DNA from: Myxococcales bacterium
GTDB lineage: Bacteria > Myxococcota_A > UBA9042 > JABWCM01 > BTVJ01
Reading direction: 5' to 3'
NCBI GenBank assembly: GCA_045863395.1
Contig: BTVJ01000005.1
Location: 141,220-205,219, forward strand
Length of the DNA: 64,000 bases
Shown: piece after piece, positions 48,899 through 57,764 of the stretch
Position numbering within the stretch: the first letter of the stretch is position 1
Layout: each line of letters opens with the position of its first letter
Position numbers and translations under genes: made by a program
The notes under the pieces: generated by a model
Told to the model about the DNA's origin: nothing
The model's input: only the letters and a program-made list of their open reading frames with translations
Database searches by the model: none

Positions 48899-51565
48899 AT
48901 GAACGATCTGACGCGACAGGTGCATGATCAGGACCCCGACGAGACCCGGGACTGGCTGGAGTCCCTCGACGCGGTGGTGGAGGCACAGGGGCCCGAGCGG
49001 GCGCACTTCCTGCTGGCGAAGCTCCTGCAGCACATGCACGTGGAGAAGATGCCCCTGCCGGCGCTGATCCAGACGCCCTACGTCAACACGATCCCGCCGT
49101 CCAAGGAGCCCGGCTACCCGGGCGACGAGCACATCGAGAAGCGCATCCGGCGCTACATCCGCTGGAACGCGGTGGCCATGGTGGTCAAGGCGAACCGCAA
49201 GTACGGCGGCATCGGCGGGCACCTGTCGACCTACGCGTCGGCGGCGACGCTCTACGAGGTGGGCTTCAACCACTTCTTCCGCGGGCACGACGATGGCCCC
49301 GGGGATCAGCTCTTCATCCAGGGGCACGCGAGCCCGGGCATCTACGCGCGCGCCTTCCTGGAGGGGCGCATCGGCCAGGAGCAGATGGAGCACTTCCGCC
49401 GCGAGGTGGGCCGGAGGGGGCTCTCCAGCTACCCGCACCCGTGGCTCATGCCGGGTTTCTGGGAGTTTCCGACGGTCTCCATGGGCCTCGGGCCGATTAC
49501 AGCCATCTACCAGGCGCGCTTCAACCGCTACCTCCAGGCGCGCGGCATCGCGAACACGGAAGGGTCGCGGGTGTGGGCCTTCCTGGGGGACGGGGAGACC
49601 GACGAGCCGGAGGCCCTGGGGGCGCTGCACCTGGCGTCCCGGGAGCGGCTCGACAACCTGGTGTTCGTGGTCAACTGCAACCTCCAGCGCCTGGACGGGC
49701 CCGTGCGGGGCAACGGCAAGATCATCCAGGAGCTGGAGGCGGTGTTCCACGGCTCCGGGTGGCGGGTCATCAAGTGCATCTGGGGGCGGGAGTGGGACGC
49801 GCTGCTCGCCGCAGACCGGGACGGCGTGCTCGTGCGCCGCATGGGAGAGACCGTCGACGGCGACTGGCAGAAGATCGCCACGGAGACGGGCGCCTACGCG
49901 CGGGAGCGCTTCTTCGGGGCAGACCCCAAGCTCGCGGACATGGTCGCCCACCTGACCGACGATGACATCCGCCACCTGCGCCGCGGTGGTCACGACTTCC
50001 GCAAGGTCTATGCGGCCTACAAAGAGGCGTGCGCGCCGACGGGCCGGCCCACGGTCATCCTGGCGAAGACGGTGAAGGGCTGGACCCTCGGCGAGGGAGC
50101 CGAGGCCCGCAACACCACGCACCAGCAGAAGAAACTGGACCTGGAAGAGCTGCGGGCCTTCCGCGACAAGCTGCACCTGGACATCCCGGACGAGCAGCTC
50201 GCGGACCCGCCCTTCATCCGCTTCCCGGAGGGGAGCCAGGAGCACCGCTACCTGGTGGAGCGACGGCGCGCGCTTGGAGGCTTCGTGCCGCAACGCACGG
50301 TGCGCAAGCGTCCGCTGGGTGCTCCGGCGCTCGACGCCTTCGAGCGCTACCTGGCGGGCAGCGGGGACCAGGACGTGTCGACGACGGGGGCCTTCGCCCG
50401 CATGCTGGCGGATCTGCTGCGCCACAAGGAGCTCGGGCGCCGGGTCGTGCCGATCATCCCGGACGAGGCCCGCACCTTCGGGCTGGACGCGCTGTTCAGG
50501 ACCTATGGCATCTACTCGTCCAAGGGGCAGCTCTACGAGCCCGTCGACGCCGCCATGCTGCTGTCGTACCGGGAGGCCAAGGACGGCCAGGTGCTGGAGG
50601 AGGGCATCACGGAGGCGGGCTCCACGGCGAGCTTCATGGCCGCGGGATCGTCCTACGCGACCTTCGGCGAGCCGATGATCCCCTTCTACATCTTCTACAG
50701 CATGTTCGGCCTCCAGCGGACGGGCGACCAGGTCTGGGCGGCCGGAGACCAGATGGTGCGCGGCTTCCTGCTGGGCGCCACGGCTGGGAGGACCACGCTC
50801 AACGGGGAGGGGCTCCAACACCAGGATGGCCACAGCCACCTCCTTGCGAGCGCCCACCCGCACGTGCGCCCCTATGACCCGGCCTACGCCCACGAGGTGG
50901 CGGTGCTGGTGCAGCACGGCCTCGAGGGCATGCTGGAGCGCGACGAGGACCACATCTACTACATCACGCTGCAGAACGAGGCCTACACGATGCCGGCCAT
51001 GCCCGCCGGGGCGCGGGAGGGGATCATCGAGGGCATCTACCTGCTGGAGCGAAGCGAGCTGGAGGACCGACCTCGGGTGCAGCTCTTCGGCAGCGGATCC
51101 ATCCTGGAGCAGGTGCGCAAGGGGCGCGACCTCCTTGAGAGCCGCTACGGCGTGGCTGCCGACGTGTGGAGCGTGACCAGCTACGTCATGCTGCGAAGGG
51201 AGGCGCTGTCGGTCGAGCGTTGGAACCTCCTGAACCCCGCGGAGGAGCCCCGGGTCCCCTACGTGACCCGGGCCCTGGCCGAGGCTCGAGGCCCCATCGT
51301 GGCGGCGACCGACTACGTGAAGACGCTGCCGGACATGATCGCGCGCTGGGTCGGACGAGAGCTGCTGCCCCTCGGCACCGACGGGTTTGGGCGATCGGAC
51401 ACCCGCGCGGTGCTGCGGGACCACTTCGAGGTAGATGCCGCACACGTGGCGGTGGCGGCCCTCAAGGTGCTGGCCGACCGGGGAGAGGTGGAGCGGGGGA
51501 CGGTCACCAGGGCGATCGAGGAGCTGGGGGTTCGCAGGGACGCGGTGGACCCGGCGACGGCGTAG
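48899..51565 (+). CDS. aceE: Pyruvate dehydrogenase E1, homodimeric type
   Basis: DPDETRDW, GGHLST, QGHASPG, PTVSMGLG, GDGETDEPE and GEGLQH motifs. Confidence 0.97.
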   Translation: MNDLTRQVHDQDPDETRDWLESLDAVVEAQGPERAHFLLAKLLQHMHVEKMPLPALIQTPYVNTIPPSKEPGYPGDEHIEKRIRRYIRWNAVAMVVKANRKYGGIGGHLSTYASAATLYEVGFNHFFRGHDDGPGDQLFIQGHASPGIYARAFLEGRIGQEQMEHFRREVGRRGLSSYPHPWLMPGFWEFPTVSMGLGPITAIYQARFNRYLQARGIANTEGSRVWAFLGDGETDEPEALGALHLASRERLDNLVFVVNCNLQRLDGPVRGNGKIIQELEAVFHGSGWRVIKCIWGREWDALLAADRDGVLVRRMGETVDGDWQKIATETGAYARERFFGADPKLADMVAHLTDDDIRHLRRGGHDFRKVYAAYKEACAPTGRPTVILAKTVKGWTLGEGAEARNTTHQQKKLDLEELRAFRDKLHLDIPDEQLADPPFIRFPEGSQEHRYLVERRRALGGFVPQRTVRKRPLGAPALDAFERYLAGSGDQDVSTTGAFARMLADLLRHKELGRRVVPIIPDEARTFGLDALFRTYGIYSSKGQLYEPVDAAMLLSYREAKDGQVLEEGITEAGSTASFMAAGSSYATFGEPMIPFYIFYSMFGLQRTGDQVWAAGDQMVRGFLLGATAGRTTLNGEGLQHQDGHSHLLASAHPHVRPYDPAYAHEVAVLVQHGLEGMLERDEDHIYYITLQNEAYTMPAMPAGAREGIIEGIYLLERSELEDRPRVQLFGSGSILEQVRKGRDLLESRYGVAADVWSVTSYVMLRREALSVERWNLLNPAEEPRVPYVTRALAEARGPIVAATDYVKTLPDMIARWVGRELLPLGTDGFGRSDTRAVLRDHFEVDAAHVAVAALKVLADRGEVERGTVTRAIEELGVRRDAVDPATA

Positions 51566-51776
51566 ACCTCAGGGGCAGTGCAGACAGAGGCCGCCGGGGA
51601 GTCCCCGCGTGGCCCGGCGTCCCCCCGGCATCCAACTCGCCGCTCAAGCGCTTCGAGCGTACCGCCGATAGGGAGGCGCGCGGTCGGTCGGAGGGGACCC
51701 AACGACCGCGCCCGGAACGTTTCCAGGTGGGACCGCCTCCGTGACCCTCATCCCCCCCTCACGCGAGACTCACGAG

Positions 51777-53351
51777 ATGAAGATGCGCCCAGAGCAGTGG
51801 ATGAGCCACGAGCTGCGGACGCTGCTGAGCCTGATGGCCGCCCCGCTGGACCGGCTCGAGCAACGCTACGGCGACGATCCGGACGGCCTGGACCTCCTCG
51901 GCGCCCTCCGCGGCTATATGGAGGTCATCGGGCGCCTTGGCGACTCGTTGATGGACGGGTCCGGGGAGTCCGTGAGCGAGATGGTCGTCGAGACCATGGC
52001 CCCCGCAACCACCGTGCGCCATGTGGCCGACCAGCTCCGACCGATGGCTCTGGAGTTCGGACTGGCCTTCGACGTGGTGGCGACCGCGGCGGCGACGACC
52101 CCGGTCTCGGCGGACGTCAGCCGGTTCACGCGCTTCTTGTCCACGCTCATCGAGCTGTCGATCCGGAGGACGTTGCCACCCGGCCACGTCAGCGTGAGCG
52201 TCGATGCTCCCCTCCCGGGCGAGCTCCTCGTGACGGTGGAGTCTGCCCAGGCCCGCAATGACGTGGCCCTGCCGCTCACGACGCGCGTGGCCTCGGTGGA
52301 GAGGGCCCTGGCGCAGCTTGGCGGTCGTCTCGACACCTACGACGTCGCCCTCGGGGGCACGGTCTTCGAGCTCGTCTTCCCCGTGGGGGAGGCGACCGCT
52401 GGGGAGACGGTGGCTCCGCCAGCGAGCACGACGACGCGCCTGGTGTCCATGGGGTCGACGGTCGACCACAGCGACCTTCGAGCCCCGGTCGCCGTTGTGG
52501 TGGACGACGAACCTCACATCCTGGCCGTGTGGGTGCAGACGCTACGACGGCGATTCCGGGTGCACGCGGCCTCCAACGGCCTCGAAGCACTGGAGCTGAT
52601 CCGGCGCTTCCGTCCCGACGTGATTCTCACCGACAACGTGATGCCCCTGGTCAACGGCCCCGAGCTCATCGCGGCGGTTCGCGCCGACTCGTCCGTCTGT
52701 CGCACGCCCATCGTGGCAGTCACGGCTTGTGTGACCCCAGACCTGCGCTGGGCCATGCAGCTCGACGGGCCTGGCGTGACCCTGGTGAAGCCGGTGCGGC
52801 CACTGGAGCTGCTCAACCGCGTGACTGCCCTCGCCGAGGCCAGACGAGCTGAGAAGTCCGCGCTCGCCAAGGAGCACCTCGACCCCCTGACAGGCCTGCT
52901 CACGGGAGCGCGGCTGCGCGCGGAGATGGAGCACACGCTCAAGGGGCCAGGAGCTGCTCTTGTGGTGACCGACCTCCAGCGGTTTCATCAGGTCAATGAC
53001 CTGTATGGCCGGCTCGTCGGAGACCAGGTGCTCGCTCGGGTGGCCGACGTCCTGAGGATGTCCGTGCGCGAGATCGACAAGGTGGCGCGCATTGGAGACG
53101 ACGAGTTCGCCGTGCTGCTGGTCAACGTTGATGAGGGGGAGGCATCCCTGGTGGCCGAGCGCATCGCCCGAGCCATCACCCAGGTTCATGCAGAGGAGGT
53201 GGCCGGCGCGGAGCGGATCGTCACCACGCGGCTGCGGGCCACCGTAGCCGTGACCGTGGCGCGCGCAGACGACAGCCCGGACCTCCTCTTGCGCCGGGGG
53301 CTGGCTGAGCTGGAGCGATCACAGTCGCAGCGGCGGGCCGTGGCGGCCTGA
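51777..53351 (+). CDS. Hybrid degenerate histidine kinase - receiver - GGDEF protein
   Basis: H-box SHELRT; receiver VVDDE..TDNVMP..KP; DPLTGL, NDLYG..VGD and RIGDDEF motifs. Confidence 0.85.
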   Translation: MKMRPEQWMSHELRTLLSLMAAPLDRLEQRYGDDPDGLDLLGALRGYMEVIGRLGDSLMDGSGESVSEMVVETMAPATTVRHVADQLRPMALEFGLAFDVVATAAATTPVSADVSRFTRFLSTLIELSIRRTLPPGHVSVSVDAPLPGELLVTVESAQARNDVALPLTTRVASVERALAQLGGRLDTYDVALGGTVFELVFPVGEATAGETVAPPASTTTRLVSMGSTVDHSDLRAPVAVVVDDEPHILAVWVQTLRRRFRVHAASNGLEALELIRRFRPDVILTDNVMPLVNGPELIAAVRADSSVCRTPIVAVTACVTPDLRWAMQLDGPGVTLVKPVRPLELLNRVTALAEARRAEKSALAKEHLDPLTGLLTGARLRAEMEHTLKGPGAALVVTDLQRFHQVNDLYGRLVGDQVLARVADVLRMSVREIDKVARIGDDEFAVLLVNVDEGEASLVAERIARAITQVHAEEVAGAERIVTTRLRATVAVTVARADDSPDLLLRRGLAELERSQSQRRAVAA

Positions 53352-53361
53352 AGGGGCGCCA

Positions 53362-53394
53362 GAAACAAGAAAGCCCAGCATCTCTGCTGGGCTT
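53362..53394 (-). terminator. Intrinsic terminator after tRNA-Gly (possibly bidirectional)
   Basis: Hairpin AAGCCCAGCA-TCTC-TGCTGGGCTT followed by a U-rich tract on the minus strand; lies between convergent genes. Confidence 0.8.
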
Positions 53395-53399
53395 CGTAG

Positions 53400-53471
<72 letters not shown>

Positions 53472-53508
53472 ACCAGCGGTGGCCTGTGGCCGCGCTGTCG
53501 TGGCGAGG

Positions 53509-53537
53509 TTTTTACGGCAGAAGGCGCCGCGGGTCAA
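53509..53537 (-). promoter_or_regulatory. Putative sigma70 promoter for tRNA-Gly
   Basis: TTGACC-N17-TAAAAA with an A-tract (UP-like) upstream. Confidence 0.5.
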
Positions 53538-53555
53538 GACACTTTTTTCAGGCTC

Positions 53556-54947
53556 TCACACTTTTCTCGGCGGACCCGACACCAGCTCCCCCATCACCCG
53601 GTCCACCAGGTCGTAGGCGTTGCGCACGCAGTCGATCATGGCGACGCCGCGCAGCGAGTTGCCCGAGAGGTAGAGCCCGGGCTGGGCACGCTCGACCTCC
53701 GCTGCCCGAGCTACGCGCTCGCCGTGACCCACGTCATACTGGGGGATCCCCCGCTCGTGGCGGATCACCCGCGCGAGCACCGGGGCCCCGCGGATCCCGA
53801 TGAGGGGGCCAAGATCTCGAGAGACCGCCTTGAGCACCTGGTCGTCGCTCATTCGCACCGCGTCGGGGTCGGAGGCGCCCCCGATCATGGTCTGGATCAG
53901 GACGTGTCCGTCGGGAGCGCGAGAGTCGAAGATGGAGCTCGACCACAAGCTCCCGATGATGCGGAGGCCCTGCGAGCGGGGCGCCAGGAAGCCGAAGCCG
54001 CGCAGATCGTGCGCAATCGCGCTGCGCTCCCACCCGAGGGCGACCACCGTGATGGAGGCAACGGGGATTCGGCTCAATGCGTCCGCGGAGGGTTCACGAA
54101 GGGGCCGAATCAGTGACGCCGTGGCATCGGCCGGGGCACCGACGATCACCGCGTCAGCCGGCCAGTCCTGCCCACCGGCTCGCACTCGGAACGTATCACC
54201 GTCGCGCAGGATGGCCTCCGCCGGGGCGCCGCACACCAGAGCGGGCCCCAGGTGGCGCGCCAGGGCGTCGATGAGGTCCCCGACGCCCCCTCGGAAGCTG
54301 GTCAGCTTGCCTGAGGGGCCGCCCGTGGCGCTCTTGACCTTCTTCATGGCGACGGCGGCGGCGACCAGGCTGCCGTGGTCCCGCTCCATCTGCCACATGC
54401 GGGGGAACGCGCTCTTGAGGGACAGGCGCTCCGCGTCGCCGCCATAGATGCCGAGGACCAGCGAGCTGATCAGGACATCCGCCGCCACGCGGCCGACGCG
54501 CCGCCGGGCGAAGGAGGCGACCGATTCGTCCTCGTCGTCCTCGGGGGGCAAGGGGCCAAGCGGCTCGCAGAGCATTCGGAGCTTGGCCGAGAGGGGGAGG
54601 AAGTCGCCCGTGAAGATCTCGGGCGGCTTCTCGGGTGCCTTGCGTAAAGCCCCTGCGCGATAGATATACCGCCGACTGGCGCTGTCGTTGCTCGGCAGCA
54701 GGCGCGGCTCCAGCCCCAGGCTGGCGACGAGCTCGCGCATGCGCGGCTCGCGGTCCAGGAAGCCGTTGGGGCCCCACTCGACGACGAAGCCATCGGTGGG
54801 CTCGCTGCGGAGCTTGCCGCCCGGACGCGGGTCCGCCTCGAGCACGGTGACGCCCAGGTCACCGGGCAGATCGGCCGCTCGCTGTTGAAGCAGGAAGGCT
54901 GTGGCGAGGCCGCTGACCCCGCCACCGATGACCACGACTCTCTTCAT
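53556..54947 (-). CDS. hemY: Protoporphyrinogen/coproporphyrinogen oxidase (HemY family)
   Basis: IGGGVSGL, GGKLRS, EWGPNGF, GFGFLAP and IPQYDVGH motifs. Confidence 0.92.
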   Translation of the reverse strand: MKRVVVIGGGVSGLATAFLLQQRAADLPGDLGVTVLEADPRPGGKLRSEPTDGFVVEWGPNGFLDREPRMRELVASLGLEPRLLPSNDSASRRYIYRAGALRKAPEKPPEIFTGDFLPLSAKLRMLCEPLGPLPPEDDEDESVASFARRRVGRVAADVLISSLVLGIYGGDAERLSLKSAFPRMWQMERDHGSLVAAAVAMKKVKSATGGPSGKLTSFRGGVGDLIDALARHLGPALVCGAPAEAILRDGDTFRVRAGGQDWPADAVIVGAPADATASLIRPLREPSADALSRIPVASITVVALGWERSAIAHDLRGFGFLAPRSQGLRIIGSLWSSSIFDSRAPDGHVLIQTMIGGASDPDAVRMSDDQVLKAVSRDLGPLIGIRGAPVLARVIRHERGIPQYDVGHGERVARAAEVERAQPGLYLSGNSLRGVAMIDCVRNAYDLVDRVMGELVSGPPRKV

Positions 54948-55036
54948 GAGCCCGTCCTCCGCGCGGGACTATCGCCTCGCGCGGGTGGCGGGTCAAGCGG
55001 GGGAACGCTGGAGAAGCGGTGCGGGGGAAGGGGGCG

Positions 55037-56002
55037 TCACTCTACGCAGTTGCCGTAGTCGTCGTACTCGTAGCTCGGGCAGTCGCCGCCATCCCAACCG
55101 CTGCCGCCGTCGCCGCCGTCGCCGCCGTCGCCGCCGTCGCCGCCGTCGCCGCCGTCGCCGCCGTCATCCCAGCCGTCGCCCCCGTCGTCACCCCACCCAT
55201 CGGTGCCCCAGTCGTCCCCGGCGTCCCAGCTGTCGTCCCAGCCGTACTCGTCGTCCATCTCGTTCCACCACTCGCCGTCGTCGTAGCCCTCCCAGTCGGC
55301 CTCGTCGTACTCGTAGCCCCAGTCGTCGGACTCCCACTCCTCGTAGCCGTCCCAGGTCCCCCAGTCCTCGTCGCTCTCCCAGTCCCAGACCCCGTCGCCG
55401 TCCGCGTCGAAGTCGCCGTAGAACTCGTCCTCCCAGCCCCAGTCGGCCCAGTCGTCGCCCCAGGCCGCGTCATCGTCCAGGTTGGGGATGCCGTCGCCGT
55501 CGATGTCGTCGTCACTCCAGTCGAAGGTGCCGTTGCCGTCCGTGTCGAAGAGGCTCGCGAAGGGGTTGTTCTTCACGATCACATAGGCCTTGCCGTCGCT
55601 CTTGCTCGCCGCGATGGCCAGGTCGCCGAAGTCGAAGTCCTCGGAAGCCGTGTTGACGTCCGGCAGCATGCCGGCCAGCGCGCCCTGCTTGGACTGGCTC
55701 TTCGGGAACTTCACGGGCATGCGCTGGCCGTCCTTCTCGACGATCAGCGACTTGGGCCCCGGCGGGAGGTCGCCAAGCATGAACTGGCCCTTCTCGATGA
55801 GCGCGGGGATGATCTTCTTGCCGACCAGGGCCGACACCTTGATCTTCCCCTTGCCCAGCCCCTTGAGCTTGCCAGTGACCTTGGTCAGGGACTTGCCGAT
55901 CTTGCTTGCGCCCCCGCCGGAGCCGCCGTCTTCGCAGCTCGACAGGGGGATGAGCGCCAGGGCAGCCATGGCGACGATGGCAGTGAGCCTACGGAACTTC
56001 AT
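55037..56002 (-). CDS. Lipoprotein with a Lys-rich N-domain and an Asp/Trp-rich acidic tail
   Basis: MKFRRLTAIVAMAALALIPLSSC lipobox; DTDGNG, DIDGDG and DADGDG motifs; coding-like codon usage. Confidence 0.8.
   Translation of the reverse strand: MKFRRLTAIVAMAALALIPLSSCEDGGSGGGASKIGKSLTKVTGKLKGLGKGKIKVSALVGKKIIPALIEKGQFMLGDLPPGPKSLIVEKDGQRMPVKFPKSQSKQGALAGMLPDVNTASEDFDFGDLAIAASKSDGKAYVIVKNNPFASLFDTDGNGTFDWSDDDIDGDGIPNLDDDAAWGDDWADWGWEDEFYGDFDADGDGVWDWESDEDWGTWDGYEEWESDDWGYEYDEADWEGYDDGEWWNEMDDEYGWDDSWDAGDDWGTDGWGDDGGDGWDDGGDGGDGGDGGDGGDGGDGGSGWDGGDCPSYEYDDYGNCVE
55103..55165 (-). repeat. 9-bp coding tandem repeat x7 (encodes DGG x7)
   Basis: Seven exact GCCGCCGTC copies on the + strand. Confidence 0.92.
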
Positions 56003-56119
56003 CTCGAAAGGCCTCCGGGGCGGTCGAGCCGCCTGAAAGAAGAGTCGGGCCGCCCGCTCGGCGACCCAGGACACGAGGCCCCGCACTTGGCAGGGCAGAG
56101 CAGATACCCCCAAACGAGG

Positions 56120-57643
56120 TCAGTCGGCGATGGAGCACCACGCGGGGAAGGCCGCGGGAAGCTCCGTCAGGTAGGGCTCGGGGCTGACACCCTTCGGGTG
56201 ATCGAGGAAGAACTCGACCACGGCCAGGTTCACGTCGGGGCTCCACTCGTGACCGAGCTCGTGCTCGCAGGCCACGACGAACTGCCCGTTGCCCAGGTAG
56301 TCCGCGATGAGGTTGGCGGCGAACGTGGCGAAGTTCTGCTCCGACGCGCCATCCTTCCCGTACTTGTCCTCCGGCCCGCCCCAGGTCACTACCGCCGGGA
56401 GCTTGCCGGACGGCTTGGTGTAGTTCGTGATCAGGCCGCCCGACATGGGCGCCACGGCGGCGATGACGTCCGCCCGCATGGACGACAGGAAGGCCGTGAA
56501 GAGACCGCCCGCGCTCATCCCTGTGACATAGACGCGCTCGAGATCCAGGTTGAGGCTCTCGTCGGCGCACTTGAGGGCGTCGTCGAAGAGGAACAGGTCC
56601 CGGTTCTGGGGATCCGTGGTCTGCTGCTCCCACTCGATGCCGAGGCCCAGGGACTCGGGCACGATGACGACGAAGCCCGCATCGGTCAGAGGCTCCACGA
56701 TGCCCGAGTCGTCCACGATGCCCTGGGCGCTGCCACCCAGGCCATGGTAGAGGAAGGCCACGGGGGACGCCTTCGCCGTGTCGTGGTCGTCGGGCAGATA
56801 CACGCGGAAGGAGCGGTCCTCGCCGGCCGTGACGAACCCGGTGTTCAAGCCCGCGGTGATGGCGGGGCAGGTCTCGATGTGCTCGTACTCGTCGCCGCCT
56901 CCGCTGGTGTCGCAGGACGCGATGGCCGGATCGGTCTGGGTGCCCCAGGGGACGGCGCCGAACGTGCTGCTCGCCAGATCGAGGCCGATGGCCGCCACGC
57001 TCCCGGTCACGTCGCCGCAGATGAAGTCGTCTCCCTTGATGGTCCCGTGGAAGACCACATCCACGAGGAGATCGCTGCCCGTGACCGTGTACTCGGCCGG
57101 GAGGGTCACGCCCACGAACTCGGCGAGGAAGGTGCCGTCATTGGCAACCGCGATGCCCTGGAGCATGGCGAGGTCGTCGCTGACGCTGAGCTTGTCCTTG
57201 CCTACGGCGCGGATGATCAGCGTGTCGATGGAGCCGCCACCCGATCCGTTGGCGCTGGAGTCGATCTCGAGCTGGAGGTCCAGGCGGAGGCCGCCGAGGG
57301 GCACGACCTCGACGGACGTGTACCACAGGCCATCCAGGATGAGCGGGTCACCGCCGCCGCCACCCGTGTCGCCGCCACCCGCGTCGCCGCCACCCGCGTC
57401 GCCGCCGCCCGCGTCGCCACCACCGCCAGCATCATCGCCTCCGCCGTCCTCCACACCGCCGCCGCCCGTGTCGTCCGTACCGCCGGTGTCACCACCACCG
57501 CCCGTGTCGGAGGCCGAGCCGTCCCCACCCGTCGTGTCGGTGCCCCCCACTGTGTCCGCCGTCTGGATGGACGAGTCGCCCCCGGAGTCGCACGCGACCC
57601 CAAGGACACATGCCGTCGCAACGGCAAGGATTCGCGTTCTCAT
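56120..57643 (-). CDS. Lipoprotein with a C-terminal alpha/beta-hydrolase (PHB-depolymerase/esterase-like) domain
   Basis: Lipobox LGVAC, Gly/Asp/Thr linker, beta-rich middle domain, YHGLGG, VTGMSAGG (GxSxG) and GHEW motifs. Confidence 0.82.
   Translation of the reverse strand: MRTRILAVATACVLGVACDSGGDSSIQTADTVGGTDTTGGDGSASDTGGGGDTGGTDDTGGGGVEDGGGDDAGGGGDAGGGDAGGGDAGGGDTGGGGGDPLILDGLWYTSVEVVPLGGLRLDLQLEIDSSANGSGGGSIDTLIIRAVGKDKLSVSDDLAMLQGIAVANDGTFLAEFVGVTLPAEYTVTGSDLLVDVVFHGTIKGDDFICGDVTGSVAAIGLDLASSTFGAVPWGTQTDPAIASCDTSGGGDEYEHIETCPAITAGLNTGFVTAGEDRSFRVYLPDDHDTAKASPVAFLYHGLGGSAQGIVDDSGIVEPLTDAGFVVIVPESLGLGIEWEQQTTDPQNRDLFLFDDALKCADESLNLDLERVYVTGMSAGGLFTAFLSSMRADVIAAVAPMSGGLITNYTKPSGKLPAVVTWGGPEDKYGKDGASEQNFATFAANLIADYLGNGQFVVACEHELGHEWSPDVNLAVVEFFLDHPKGVSPEPYLTELPAAFPAWCSIAD
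57356..57415 (-). repeat. 15-bp coding repeat (DAGGG/DTGGG x4)
   Basis: Near-exact GCCGCCACCCG(C/T)GTC units in the linker. Confidence 0.8.
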
Positions 57644-57764
57644 GCTGCCTGGACCTCGCTGTAGTTGTGTGACCGGTGCCACGATACACGAAAGCAAGCC
57701 GCCTTCAAGAAGCGCGTCGAACCTTGCTCGTTGGCCGGAATGGGGGTTCCGGTGTTCTCCGAGT

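Noticed and set aside
48899..51565. aceE without adjacent aceF/lpd
   Set aside because: Dispersed PDH genes are common; not informative from one window.
51566..51776. Nested hairpins (GGAGGCG/CGCCTCC, GCGCGGTCG/CGACCGCGC) after aceE as an ncRNA
   Set aside because: Almost pure G/C stems are expected by chance at this GC content, and no recognisable motif is present.
55103..55165. Tandem repeats here and at 15381-15443 and 57356-57415 as CRISPR arrays
   Set aside because: They are short in-frame coding repeats without unique spacers, and no cas genes are present.
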